Assembly (NCBI GenBank): GCA_964458565.1
Contig: CAYWJO010000026.1
Location: 1 to 47,853 of the forward strand
Direction: 5' to 3'
DNA length: 47,853 nt
From: an uncultured archaeon
GTDB lineage: Archaea; Asgardarchaeota; Thorarchaeia; Thorarchaeales; Thorarchaeaceae
Both the position numbers and the translations under genes were made by a program. The number at the start of each line of letters is the position of its first letter. Positions within the stretch are counted from its first letter, which is position 1. Below are positions 28,371-37,690 of the stretch, one piece after another. The notes under the pieces are model-generated. The model did not search any database. It was not told where the DNA came from and saw only the letters and a program-made list of their open reading frames with translations.

Positions 28371-29330
28371 TTGCTTGGTGATTCAGTGAAAATTAACACA
28401 CGAAGTATCTTTGCGGTCTTTGCACTCATGATGTTGGGTGTATCGATTCCGCTTGTAGCCGCACAGACCAATTCCATACAATATCAGCACGCCGCTGGCA
28501 TTGTTACCATGGAAACGGATGATATTGAAATCAAGATAACTGGTAATAATCAAGCACCCCATTTCCACTGGTGGACTCCTAACAATCCAACGGTGGATTA
28601 TCATGTTATGTTCGTCAAACTGTTCGAAGCCAATGACACCAATGTTAATGGTGCATTTGATGTTGGAACAGATTCTATTGTAGGACCCGTATTTCCACTT
28701 CCAACAAGTGATTGGGAATTCAGTGGTTTCGACGTTGATACTGATGGCGAGAACGTAACAGCGGTGCATTTCAACTTCACTACAACTGCCATGCATAATC
28801 CTAGACCGCAGGGCCAAGGTGGATTTGATGAACTTCCACCAATATCTCAGTTTGACCTCATGGTTCAGATTAGAGTTCATATGGATCTCTCTAAACCTGG
28901 TGAATTCAAATTCGACTTGATTGTAGATGGATGGGAATGGACATATGATGATTCAATCTTCGTCCTCCAGTTCACTATAACTGAGAGTAATCACGGTCAG
29001 AATCAAGGCGATAGAGACCCTGCAGGATTTCAGCAGAAGACTCAGTACAACTTTACATTTGGTGCTGCTTACATGGAGTGTGCAGATGAAGCACTTGCTG
29101 CTCAGAATACACTTGAAGTGAAAGCAAGCCATGGGGAAGGGACCGGACTTGAAGCAGGTGAGTCAGTATACCTCTCATTCGAGTACTTCGGAAATGAAAC
29201 TCTAGAATACGATCCAATCCTAGGCATTGAGTCTACAACCTCTGGCGTAGATACTACTCTACTCTTAATTGCTGGGGCTGGCGTGGTAATTGTATTGATT
29301 GCAATTGTTGCCCTCCGGGCACGGAAATAG
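28371..29330 (+). CDS. Secreted/surface protein with a C-terminal TM anchor
   Basis: Signal peptide, acidic beta-rich ectodomain with N-glycosylation sequons, YDPILG, TM helix followed by RARK. Confidence 0.8.
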   Translation: MLGDSVKINTRSIFAVFALMMLGVSIPLVAAQTNSIQYQHAAGIVTMETDDIEIKITGNNQAPHFHWWTPNNPTVDYHVMFVKLFEANDTNVNGAFDVGTDSIVGPVFPLPTSDWEFSGFDVDTDGENVTAVHFNFTTTAMHNPRPQGQGGFDELPPISQFDLMVQIRVHMDLSKPGEFKFDLIVDGWEWTYDDSIFVLQFTITESNHGQNQGDRDPAGFQQKTQYNFTFGAAYMECADEALAAQNTLEVKASHGEGTGLEAGESVYLSFEYFGNETLEYDPILGIESTTSGVDTTLLLIAGAGVVIVLIAIVALRARK

Positions 29331-29343
29331 CTCTATTCTTCCA

Positions 29344-29382
29344 GGGATGCAGAGAGGTCTCTGCATCCCACCTTCTTTTTTT
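29344..29382 (+). terminator. Hairpin plus T-tract terminator
   Basis: GGGATGCAGAGA-GG-TCTCTGCATCCC followed by CTTCTTTTTTT. Confidence 0.8.
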
Positions 29383-29499
29383 GAATAACATCGTTCTATT
29401 GTGAGGAAGCGATAGAAACAAAAGATGATTGTACTGAAACCCAAATCGAACAAGCCCAGATTTCTGATGAAGAATCTGGGTGACAGGAGCCCACTATCA

Positions 29500-31509
29500 A
29501 TGACAATCTCAGATTCGCTTCAAGAACGTGCAATAAATGCAATCCGATTTCTCTCAGCGGATGCAGTACAGAAAGCCAACTCGGGACACCCAGGAATGCC
29601 TATGGGTGCTGCTGCAATGGCATATACTCTTTGGACACGACATCTTAGATTTAATCCCGAGAATCCAGATTGGCCAAATCGAGATAGATTCATACTATCA
29701 GGGGGGCACGGTTCTATGCTACTCTATTCTTTACTCTATCTCACAGGATACAATTTGACCCTTGATGAAATTAAGAATTTCAGACAGTGGGGTAGTAAAA
29801 CACCCGGTCATCCAGAATCATTTTGCACACCTGGAGTTGAAGTGACAACTGGGCCACTTGGACAGGGTTTAGCAAATAGTGTAGGTATGGCTATTGCTGA
29901 AAAACATCTTGCCAAGGTGTTCAATCGTCCAAGATACGACGTAATAGATCACTACACTTACGCGATAGTGACTGACGGTGATTTGATGGAAGGAATCTCC
30001 TATGAGGCGTCATCAATTGCAGGACATCTTCAACTTGGAAAACTGATAATGCTCTATGATGATAATCAGATTTCAATCGATGGTTCGACAGACATAACAT
30101 TCACAGAAGATAGAGGTGCAAGATTTGAGGCTCAAGGATGGTATGTTCAGAGAGTTCAAAATGGGAATGATGTTGATGCAGTTGATGAGGCTATTAAGAG
30201 GGCGAAATCGGATTCTAGACCATCCATAATCTTGTGTCGAACACATATAGGATATGGCCTTCCAACAAAACAAGACTCTGCAGCAAGCCACGGTTCCCCA
30301 GCAGGCGAAGAAGAACTGAGAGGTGCGAAGGAAAAACTTGGATGGCCTGTTGAACCCTGGTTCTATGTTCCGGACGATGTGCTAGAATATTATAGGGAGT
30401 TGGGTAAACGAGGTACGAAATTAGAAGAAGACTGGAATGAGATAATCTCAAACTATGAGCAGGCATATCCTGAACAGGCATCCGAACTCAAACGAAGACT
30501 TGCTGGAGAACTACCTAATGGATGGGATGATGATCTCTTAGAATTCGAACCTAGTGAGAAAGGGATAGCTACTAGATCGGCATCAGGGAAAGTGATCAAT
30601 GCACTTGCAACCCTTCTACCAGAGATGATAGGAGGCTCTGCTGATTTGACTGGCTCAAACAAAACCTGGATTGATACCAGTGATAATTTCCAGGTTGATG
30701 CACCTGAAGGAAGGAACTTCTATTTTGGTATAAGAGAACACTCAATGGGAGCACTTGTGAATGGAATGGCAGCCCATGGTGGATTAATACCATACTCTGG
30801 GACGTTTCTAATGTTCTCGGATTACATGCGTCCAGCTATTAGACTCTCAGCTTTATCACAGCATCATAGTATTTGGGTTTTCACTCATGACAGTATTGGA
30901 CTCGGAGAAGATGGCCCAACACATCAACCAATTGAACATGTGACATCCTTACGAGCGATTCCGAACCTCATTGTGATTAGACCATCTGATGCGAATGAAG
31001 TAGTGGAAACATGGAAATATGCAATCAAACGAAGAGATGGTCCTACTCTCATGGCATTAACTCGTCAGAATGTACCAATAATCGATAGAAACGAATATGC
31101 TGCAGCTTCAGGTTTGGCAAAGGGAGCTTATATTCTCAGAGACTTTGGTGATGGACACCCAGAGATTATCTTGATGGCATCAGGATCAGAAGTTGATCTA
31201 ATACTGAAATCTGCAGAGAAACTAGCCAGAGATGGAATCAATGTCCGAGTAATTTCATTTCCAAGTTGGGAAATATTTACTAAACAGGATAAATCGTATC
31301 AGGAGTCGGTTCTTCTGCCAGATGTAAAGAAACGACTTGCAGTAGAAGCTGGAATATCTTTAGGGTGGGATCGATGGGTCGGTGAACAGGGAGTAGTAAT
31401 ATCTATTGATAGATTTGGTGCATCTGCTCCATCTGAAATTCTATTTGAGAAATTTGGATTTTCTGTAGAAAATGTTGTAAGGAAGGCAAGAGAGTTAATA
31501 GATAAATAG
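29500..31509 (+). CDS. tkt: Transketolase (single-chain, bacterial type)
   Basis: [36 protein letters not shown] and [16 protein letters not shown] motifs. Likely start is ATG 29500. Confidence 0.97.
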   Translation: MTISDSLQERAINAIRFLSADAVQKANSGHPGMPMGAAAMAYTLWTRHLRFNPENPDWPNRDRFILSGGHGSMLLYSLLYLTGYNLTLDEIKNFRQWGSKTPGHPESFCTPGVEVTTGPLGQGLANSVGMAIAEKHLAKVFNRPRYDVIDHYTYAIVTDGDLMEGISYEASSIAGHLQLGKLIMLYDDNQISIDGSTDITFTEDRGARFEAQGWYVQRVQNGNDVDAVDEAIKRAKSDSRPSIILCRTHIGYGLPTKQDSAASHGSPAGEEELRGAKEKLGWPVEPWFYVPDDVLEYYRELGKRGTKLEEDWNEIISNYEQAYPEQASELKRRLAGELPNGWDDDLLEFEPSEKGIATRSASGKVINALATLLPEMIGGSADLTGSNKTWIDTSDNFQVDAPEGRNFYFGIREHSMGALVNGMAAHGGLIPYSGTFLMFSDYMRPAIRLSALSQHHSIWVFTHDSIGLGEDGPTHQPIEHVTSLRAIPNLIVIRPSDANEVVETWKYAIKRRDGPTLMALTRQNVPIIDRNEYAAASGLAKGAYILRDFGDGHPEIILMASGSEVDLILKSAEKLARDGINVRVISFPSWEIFTKQDKSYQESVLLPDVKKRLAVEAGISLGWDRWVGEQGVVISIDRFGASAPSEILFEKFGFSVENVVRKARELIDK

Positions 31510-31514
31510 TGTAT

Positions 31515-32168
31515 TCAGAGGAAGTTTTCTGCAAACTCATGCATTATCCGTGTTTCAACTCTTCTAATTCGCTCTTGCATGGCTACTCTCTTAATGCCAA
31601 GCTTTTGTCCGAGTTCAGAAAGATTGCTCCTTCTAGGAATTTCATAGTATCCAGATTCATACGCGAGTTTGAAGGCAGATTGCTGTTTTTCTGTGAGGGG
31701 TATGTAATATGTCCCTGTTGGAACAGATTGAATTCTTCGGATTTCTACACTGGTGAACTTCGAACGCAATTCTTTGAGAAGCAAACTCAGTTGTTTTTGA
31801 GATGGAGCGAGCACCATATGTTTCTGAATACCGGACTCTACAACAATTGGTAAGCGAGTCATACATCCACTCTGAAGAATGGTGTTGTGAATAGAATCTT
31901 GATCAAGCTTGTGTACAAGTCGCGTCCAATATGCTTGAGGTGATTGATATGTGACTTCAATCTCCTTTGTGGTTGGTTGGGACCGGAGCTCATCAACGTA
32001 TTGTTTTATCGGACCCTCATCTTCGGTTAAGGTTTCGACTATTCCGAATCCTGCGTCACCGTTGATAGTAACTATCGAAACACGAACTGGGATTTGGCGT
32101 GTTAATTCACATGAGTAATAGTCCTTAGCGCTAACCAGAATAGTACACTGTACGACCATTATATACAC
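31515..32168 (-). CDS. Bat/HTH-10 family transcriptional regulator
   Basis: C-terminal LTEKQ..A..LAY..GYYE.PR...L.EL...LGI motif. Confidence 0.88.
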   Translation of the reverse strand: MYIMVVQCTILVSAKDYYSCELTRQIPVRVSIVTINGDAGFGIVETLTEDEGPIKQYVDELRSQPTTKEIEVTYQSPQAYWTRLVHKLDQDSIHNTILQSGCMTRLPIVVESGIQKHMVLAPSQKQLSLLLKELRSKFTSVEIRRIQSVPTGTYYIPLTEKQQSAFKLAYESGYYEIPRRSNLSELGQKLGIKRVAMQERIRRVETRIMHEFAENFL

Positions 32169-32233
32169 CCGTCATAAGACGGCATAATCCTAATTGACTT
32201 ATACTCTTCGGTTAGCATAGGTGCGTCCAACAA

Positions 32234-33199
32234 ATGAGCCGAGATTCATCAGTGACAGAAACGAGTAATGAACACGAAACCACGTTTGCTAGAACAAGGA
32301 TGGTGGCGGTAGGCCAATCTGTTTTTGTCACCATACTATGGGCTTCGTCTTGGGTCATCATTAAGTTTGGTCTAGAACAAGAGAATCTCCCACCATTGAT
32401 ATTTTCTGGAATGAGGTATACATTTGCATCAGTCATCCTAATTGTAGCCATCATTTCAAAATCTGAGTATCGTATTGCTACAAGGTCTCTAGGGAAGCGA
32501 TGGTGGAGTATTCTTTCACTATATGGAATCGTCTTTGTTGCTATAACACAGGGTTCTCAGTTTGTTGGGCTCTTCTTCCTTGATGCAATAATGGTATCCG
32601 CGTTTCTTAACCTCACACCAATCATCGTTCTACTCATGGGAGCGGTCTGGCTCAGAGAAACTCCCTCACGGGATCAAACACTGTGGATTGCCCTCGGAGT
32701 GTTTGGTGCAATGCTCTACTTCTACCCATTAGATTTACTGAGCCAGAGTCTGATAGGAATTATTGTTGTACTTGTTGGTGTGTTAGCTAATGCATTATCA
32801 TCAGTTCTTGGAAGGTACATAAACAAGGAACGTATTGCCCCGCCAGTAGTTATTACAGGAATAAGTATGGCAGTTGGTTCATCATTGTTACTCATAACAG
32901 GACTCATTATTGAGGAACTTACAACAATCACGCCTCTGGCATTCTTCTATATCTCATGGCTCGCTATTGTAAATACTGCATTTGCATTCACCTTATGGAA
33001 TAGAGCAATGCAGACACTTCGGGCAGTAGACATGACCATCATAAATAGTACAATGCTACCGCAGATTGTAGTGTTTTCTATACTATTCCTAGGCGAGAGC
33101 CCAACACCTTTGGATTGGGTCGGTCTCACATTGCTCGCATTGAGCGTTGCCTTTGTACAGATCAGTCAAGCCCGTAAGAACAATAGAAGGCGTTCTTAA
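32234..33199 (+). CDS. DMT/EamA family transporter
   Basis: Ten TM helices in two EamA repeats; LWASSW, R...A, LGE motifs. Confidence 0.9.
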   Translation: MSRDSSVTETSNEHETTFARTRMVAVGQSVFVTILWASSWVIIKFGLEQENLPPLIFSGMRYTFASVILIVAIISKSEYRIATRSLGKRWWSILSLYGIVFVAITQGSQFVGLFFLDAIMVSAFLNLTPIIVLLMGAVWLRETPSRDQTLWIALGVFGAMLYFYPLDLLSQSLIGIIVVLVGVLANALSSVLGRYINKERIAPPVVITGISMAVGSSLLLITGLIIEELTTITPLAFFYISWLAIVNTAFAFTLWNRAMQTLRAVDMTIINSTMLPQIVVFSILFLGESPTPLDWVGLTLLALSVAFVQISQARKNNRRRS

Positions 33200-33233
33200 A
33201 CCCAAGACACCTTTGGCGCAGAAAGATTTCCTT

Positions 33234-33272
33234 ATATAGTACGCATACGTATAATACGGTACCGTACTATAT
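33234..33272. promoter_or_regulatory. Inverted-repeat operator, probable MarR site
   Basis: ATATAGTACG...CGTACTATAT (10-bp arms) containing two TACG-N4-CGTA boxes; overlaps the TATA (CTTATATA) and the start codon. Confidence 0.7.
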
Positions 33273-33750
33273 GGAGTTGATGAATATGAAAGATGATTCT
33301 GATTTGAAAACTGTCTGCCTTGAGCTTATGGAAATAACACATCCCGCGTATCTTACTACCATCGACAATGAAGGATTTCCTCAGACAAGAGCAATGTTCA
33401 ACCTGAGAAATAAGGAGATGTGGCCAAGGCTAGTACCCCTATTTGAAAATTGCATGGACGATTTCATGATTCTATTCACGACTAATACATCTTCCACCAA
33501 AATTCAAGACATTTTAAAAAACCGGGCAGTATCCGTATATTACTGTCAACCAGAGAAATCACGTGGTGTTCATTTTGGAGGTTTAATCGAGGTAGTTGAT
33601 GATTTAGAAATTAAAAAAGCAATATGGCATGATGGATGGGAAAAATATTATCCACAAGGATATGATGATCCAGACCATTCTGTTCTTAGACTATATCCCA
33701 CAATAGTAAAGGGATGGAATCAAAGTCACACCTTCCATTTTGAGTTGTGA
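33271..33750 (+). CDS. Pyridoxamine 5'-phosphate oxidase-like (general stress protein 26) FMN-binding protein
   Basis: YLTTID.EGFPQTRAM, F.TNTSS.K and YYPQG.DDPD motifs. Confidence 0.85.
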   Translation: MELMNMKDDSDLKTVCLELMEITHPAYLTTIDNEGFPQTRAMFNLRNKEMWPRLVPLFENCMDDFMILFTTNTSSTKIQDILKNRAVSVYYCQPEKSRGVHFGGLIEVVDDLEIKKAIWHDGWEKYYPQGYDDPDHSVLRLYPTIVKGWNQSHTFHFEL

Positions 33751-34202
33751 TTGATATGACCAACGAAGTAAGTGAAGGTGGTTTTCTAATCACAAAGATA
33801 CACCACCTTGGACAAAGAATCTTTTCACGGATATTACAAGATTTCGGAATTGAGATAGGACCAGGTCAGGGAAGAGTGATATTCGCTCTCTGGAAACAAG
33901 ATAGGATTCCTATAAGCCAAATAGCTAAGAGAACAGACTTGGGAAAATCAACTCTAACAGAAACTCTTGATAGATTGGAAGATGCAGGTTACATTGAACG
34001 CGTCCCTTCTAGCAACGATCGCAGAGTGACATTGATTCAATTGACAACAGGAGCAAAAGAACTTCATTCAAAGTATAATCAAGTATCCAATCTAATGACT
34101 GATATCTTCTACAAGGATTTCACGAATACCGAAGTTGAACACTTTGAAAATACCTTGAAGCGTATCTTGGAGAATCTCAAGAAACATGAATCCCCCGCCT
34201 AG
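33747..34202 (+). CDS. MarR family transcriptional regulator
   Basis: KSTLT..LDRLE..GYI.R..S..DRR...I.LT motif. Confidence 0.92.
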   Translation: MIDMTNEVSEGGFLITKIHHLGQRIFSRILQDFGIEIGPGQGRVIFALWKQDRIPISQIAKRTDLGKSTLTETLDRLEDAGYIERVPSSNDRRVTLIQLTTGAKELHSKYNQVSNLMTDIFYKDFTNTEVEHFENTLKRILENLKKHESPA

Positions 34203-35137
34203 AGAGATAATGGGCGACCCCATAAATCGAGAGCTGACTCGGACTCCTTCCTGAACTTCATGAGTAATTCTCGTGTTGTTTCATCTTTCACTTCTCTAAG
34301 TTCACCATCGCACCGTTCAATCAATTCATGAAGGTGTTTTAGAGGGTGTTTTGATCTATCACCCCAGTCCCAAACACAGCACCACCTTCTACCTAAGTCT
34401 GGACCATATGAGGATCTTGCAATCTCTCGATTGGTTTCAGAAGTAATTGTACCGGGATGCAACCATGGCATATCTGTACCATTAGGTTCAACTCCAAAGA
34501 TAGCATTTGAGAAGAATGTATAGATTGGGAGATTGATTCGTTCAGATATCTGCTTCATTCTTATTGCACCCATCAATCCACCAGCAATAGAATAGATGAT
34601 GATAGCTCGTGCTTCTTCGGCTCTTGAAAGAGTTGCATCTATTATCCGTTCAATTGTTCCACCTGTTGCAATTGTATCACCTATCATTATCACAGGATTA
34701 GGTGAAAGAGCTTCGTAATTTTCATAGGACAACTCAGTTTCCCATCCAGAAGGTGTAAGATGCCGCTTAGCTCCTACAAAACAACGGTTTATCGTTTCCC
34801 CAAAAACCACTTCGAATGCTTCAGCCATACTATAGTAAAGTGAGCCTGCGAGTGGTACAACCTCAGTTATACCTCGGTAATTTGATGATGCGAGCTCAGG
34901 TACCAATCGATATGCAGCACGTAAGAATTCTACTGTACTTGCCCTAGCAGCGTTAGCCAATCTGGATCCAACAATCCATGGTTTGAGAAGAATAGTCAAT
35001 GCACTGGGAGCTTCGATAATGTACGTATGATAAAGCAGCTCTTCACTATCAACACGATAGACTGTTGAAGCATCAAAGTCATGTGGTGTGACGTCAATGA
35101 GTTTTGCGTTTTCTCTCAAACGGTTTTGATCCATCAT
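34199..35137 (-). CDS. Type I phosphoribosyltransferase-like protein
   Basis: PRPP-binding loop VIMIGDTIATGGT. Confidence 0.7.
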   Translation of the reverse strand: MMDQNRLRENAKLIDVTPHDFDASTVYRVDSEELLYHTYIIEAPSALTILLKPWIVGSRLANAARASTVEFLRAAYRLVPELASSNYRGITEVVPLAGSLYYSMAEAFEVVFGETINRCFVGAKRHLTPSGWETELSYENYEALSPNPVIMIGDTIATGGTIERIIDATLSRAEEARAIIIYSIAGGLMGAIRMKQISERINLPIYTFFSNAIFGVEPNGTDMPWLHPGTITSETNREIARSSYGPDLGRRWCCVWDWGDRSKHPLKHLHELIERCDGELREVKDETTRELLMKFRKESESALDLWGRPLSL

Positions 35138-35297
35138 TATTCACAAATTCAAAATATTACCTCGCTTTGTAAGTCCTTCGCTGACTCAGGAAGTGCAGAG
35201 AGCATTGAACGAAGGGCTTAATGCGAGGATTCATCCTTAATTCAACAAATCACTATTAGGAAAGCTGTTAGATTCGTATTATTCCGAGGATGAAGCA

Positions 35298-36221
35298 ATG
35301 GACGAGTATCTTCTGGGAGTTGTTGCTGCATTTACAGGTGCAATACTATTCGCAGTGACTAATATTATGTACAAAAAGCTGAGCGATAGAGTCAGTATCG
35401 TCGATATAATTCTGACTAGGGCTTGGATAAGCATACCATTAGCAATTCTTCTAATCCTTCCTCCATTCAATCCCGAGGGATTTGTGATAACTCAGAGTGG
35501 AGTGATTGTACTCACTTTTTCAATGTTCGTCGGTATGATTCTCGGTGATACCTTTTACTTCATGAGCCAGAATAGGATAGGCGTATCAAGAGCATATCCA
35601 ATTGCATCATCGTACCCACTGTTGGTGTATTTACTTGCAGCAATGTTTCTTGGCGAACCGGTAATCCTCTCTCGAGTTGTAGGAGTCATTTTGGTGGTCA
35701 TTGGCGTTGGACTAATTGGATTTGAACAGAAAAGAAACGATCCGAAGGGTGATATTGGAAGCAAATCTGTTCGTATGCTCGGTTTCATACTTGCCCTCTT
35801 AACTATAGTGACTTGGTCATTGAGTGATGTCACGCTTCAGGTTGGTTTGGTAGATATGGATGCCATAGATGCAAATTTCGTACGAATCTTGGTAGGTTCA
35901 TTAATGATAACCCCCGGAATCATCTATAGAAAAGAAACAAGAGAATGGACACGAAATCGACGTTTACTTACGACATTACTCATCACGGGATTCCTTGGAT
36001 ATGGATTGACAATGCTGCTCATGACCATTGCAGTGAGTTATATCGGGGCTACTGTAAACTCAGTAATATTAGCAGCCGCACCATTGATCAGCACACCAGT
36101 TTCAATATTATTCACCGATGAAACCACAAACATGCTTCTTGTTATAGGAACACTTCTCTCATTTGTGGGTGTTGTGTTGGTTGTGTTTGCACCACAATTA
36201 GATTGCACTGGATTGATTTAA
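35298..36221 (+). CDS. DMT/EamA family transporter
   Basis: Two EamA repeats; GD..YF....IGVSRA.PI...YP and LGE motifs. Confidence 0.9.
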   Translation: MDEYLLGVVAAFTGAILFAVTNIMYKKLSDRVSIVDIILTRAWISIPLAILLILPPFNPEGFVITQSGVIVLTFSMFVGMILGDTFYFMSQNRIGVSRAYPIASSYPLLVYLLAAMFLGEPVILSRVVGVILVVIGVGLIGFEQKRNDPKGDIGSKSVRMLGFILALLTIVTWSLSDVTLQVGLVDMDAIDANFVRILVGSLMITPGIIYRKETREWTRNRRLLTTLLITGFLGYGLTMLLMTIAVSYIGATVNSVILAAAPLISTPVSILFTDETTNMLLVIGTLLSFVGVVLVVFAPQLDCTGLI

Positions 36222-37030
36222 GAACGGTCCTTAATTGACCGACGGGTGATTAGGAGGAGATTGTAGATTTTCTTCATATCTTTTGTAGCATCAATACCCC
36301 AGAAGATACGAAATTTAATCCATTTTGTCTTAAGCTCTCGGTACCGGCTATGGAGACTTGTGAAACGGATCTTGAGTTGTTTTTTAGAGATCAGTGTATC
36401 GTGGACCATTTCTCGTAACTCGTGTACTCTATTTTCTAAACTCGATAGATCTTTGCTCAGCATTTCTTGTGTAGCTGCAAGTATTCGAGTTCCGTCCAGC
36501 TCACTGTGAGGTTTAAGATGTCCATATCTTGTGGTGTTAGCACCCATTTCTTCTAATACTGTGCTCAATTTCTTGGAGTCCATCAACATTTCCTTATCAC
36601 CTGAATCGAAGAACTTCCGATGGTCCTTGGCTCGAAGATGTGGGAAGAGGAGTACACCAGGCCGCAATCTGATTGAAGCTGATCGTCTTGCTAAACGCTC
36701 AATTTTCTTCTTTTGTTGATGGGTAGGATTCTTTATTCTGTATGACAGAAGTATGAAAACGCTATTGTCGTAATCATTTCGAAGTCGTGGGATTTCACGG
36801 GTCTTCACAAATAATATCTTTTCGAACTGTTCTAGTAATCCAGAATAGCTTTGGATTTTCTTCGTTAAAAGAAAGACAGATTTCGTTTTTTGGTCTATTC
36901 CGTTAATGGAAGTAATTTGATTCGTTGTTTTTCGAAGGGTACTACCAGATTCCAAGATTACAATCAATCCGGTTGATTGTGTTCTTTTTGAATCAACTAG
37001 AACATCATCTGATATGGTGATTTCGTTCAC
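36218..37030 (-). CDS. Hypothetical basic protein with a ChrB/PaaX/Cas2-like core
   Basis: FILLSYRI......KKKI.RL.RR...IRLRPGVLLFP followed by amphipathic helices. Confidence 0.6.
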   Translation of the reverse strand: MNEITISDDVLVDSKRTQSTGLIVILESGSTLRKTTNQITSINGIDQKTKSVFLLTKKIQSYSGLLEQFEKILFVKTREIPRLRNDYDNSVFILLSYRIKNPTHQQKKKIERLARRSASIRLRPGVLLFPHLRAKDHRKFFDSGDKEMLMDSKKLSTVLEEMGANTTRYGHLKPHSELDGTRILAATQEMLSKDLSSLENRVHELREMVHDTLISKKQLKIRFTSLHSRYRELKTKWIKFRIFWGIDATKDMKKIYNLLLITRRSIKDRS

Positions 37031-37302
37031 TTATACCAATAACCGCTATTTCACAATTCCCAAAAAAAGGTTGCACTGACATAATCAGATGGGACATTCA
37101 TTACGGGTATAAATATTACCAGAAACCATATTTAAAGCACAAATAGAATCAACATATAAAAAATAAGATATGATAAAATCTATTGGTTGCATTAAGATGA
37201 TATGTTGATATTTTATTTTTTTTAAGGTGTTATGAGGTGCTATTTTTAATAACAGTAATATTTAGACTTGTTTTAAGATTGTTATCTTTCGAGGTAAAAT
37301 TC

Positions 37303-37401
37303 ATGCGTTTCGACAGACACTTCGATGAAGAAGAAGATTTTGACGAAGATGACGACGACTGGGATGACGACGATATTGATGATGACGACTCGGACTGGTA
37401 A
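37303..37401 (+). CDS. Acidic micropeptide, 32 aa: MRFDRHFDEEEDFDEDDDDWDDDDIDDDDSDW
   Basis: SD GAGGT at 37291-37295. Mixed synonymous GAT/GAC/GAA codons in one frame, so not a simple microsatellite. Confidence 0.7.
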   Translation: MRFDRHFDEEEDFDEDDDDWDDDDIDDDDSDW

Positions 37402-37503
37402 AACAGCCACCATCGTTTCAGATAGATAATTCGTCACCAAACTAAGTACAACAGTCTACACGATGAATTAAACACCTTATCCTTATGGAGTGAAATAAGA
37501 AAG

Positions 37504-37578
37504 ATGTCTAAGAAGAAACCAGCTAAAGCGAAAACAGAAACAGCGCCAACAAAGAAGAAAAAGAAAACCAAGAAATAA
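37504..37578 (+). CDS. Basic micropeptide, 24 aa: MSKKKPAKAKTETAPTKKKKKTKK
   Basis: SD GGAGTGA at 37487-37493; mixed AAG/AAA codons; followed by a terminator. Confidence 0.65.
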   Translation: MSKKKPAKAKTETAPTKKKKKTKK

Positions 37579-37584
37579 CTCTAC

Positions 37585-37660
37585 TCGGACTGATCTAATC
37601 CAATAAGTTTGGATTTAGCTAGGTCCGATTCTTCTTTCTTTTTTTTTATCATTTTTTATT
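37585..37660 (+). terminator. Hairpin plus long T-tract after the micropeptide pair
   Basis: TCGGAC..CTAATCCAA-loop-TTGGATTTAG..GTCCGA, then TTCTTCTTTCTTTTTTTTT. Confidence 0.7.
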
Positions 37661-37690
37661 TCTTCATGTACAGTGTTTTACAGCCGCACA

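Noticed and set aside
37100-37290. AT-rich stretch as a replication origin
   Set aside because: No ORB-like repeats or adjacent cdc6/orc1 seen; a divergent promoter region is sufficient explanation.
37321-37400. GAY/GAA run as a microsatellite or CRISPR-like repeat
   Set aside because: No fixed repeat unit or spacers. Variation is mostly at third codon positions, better explained as coding.
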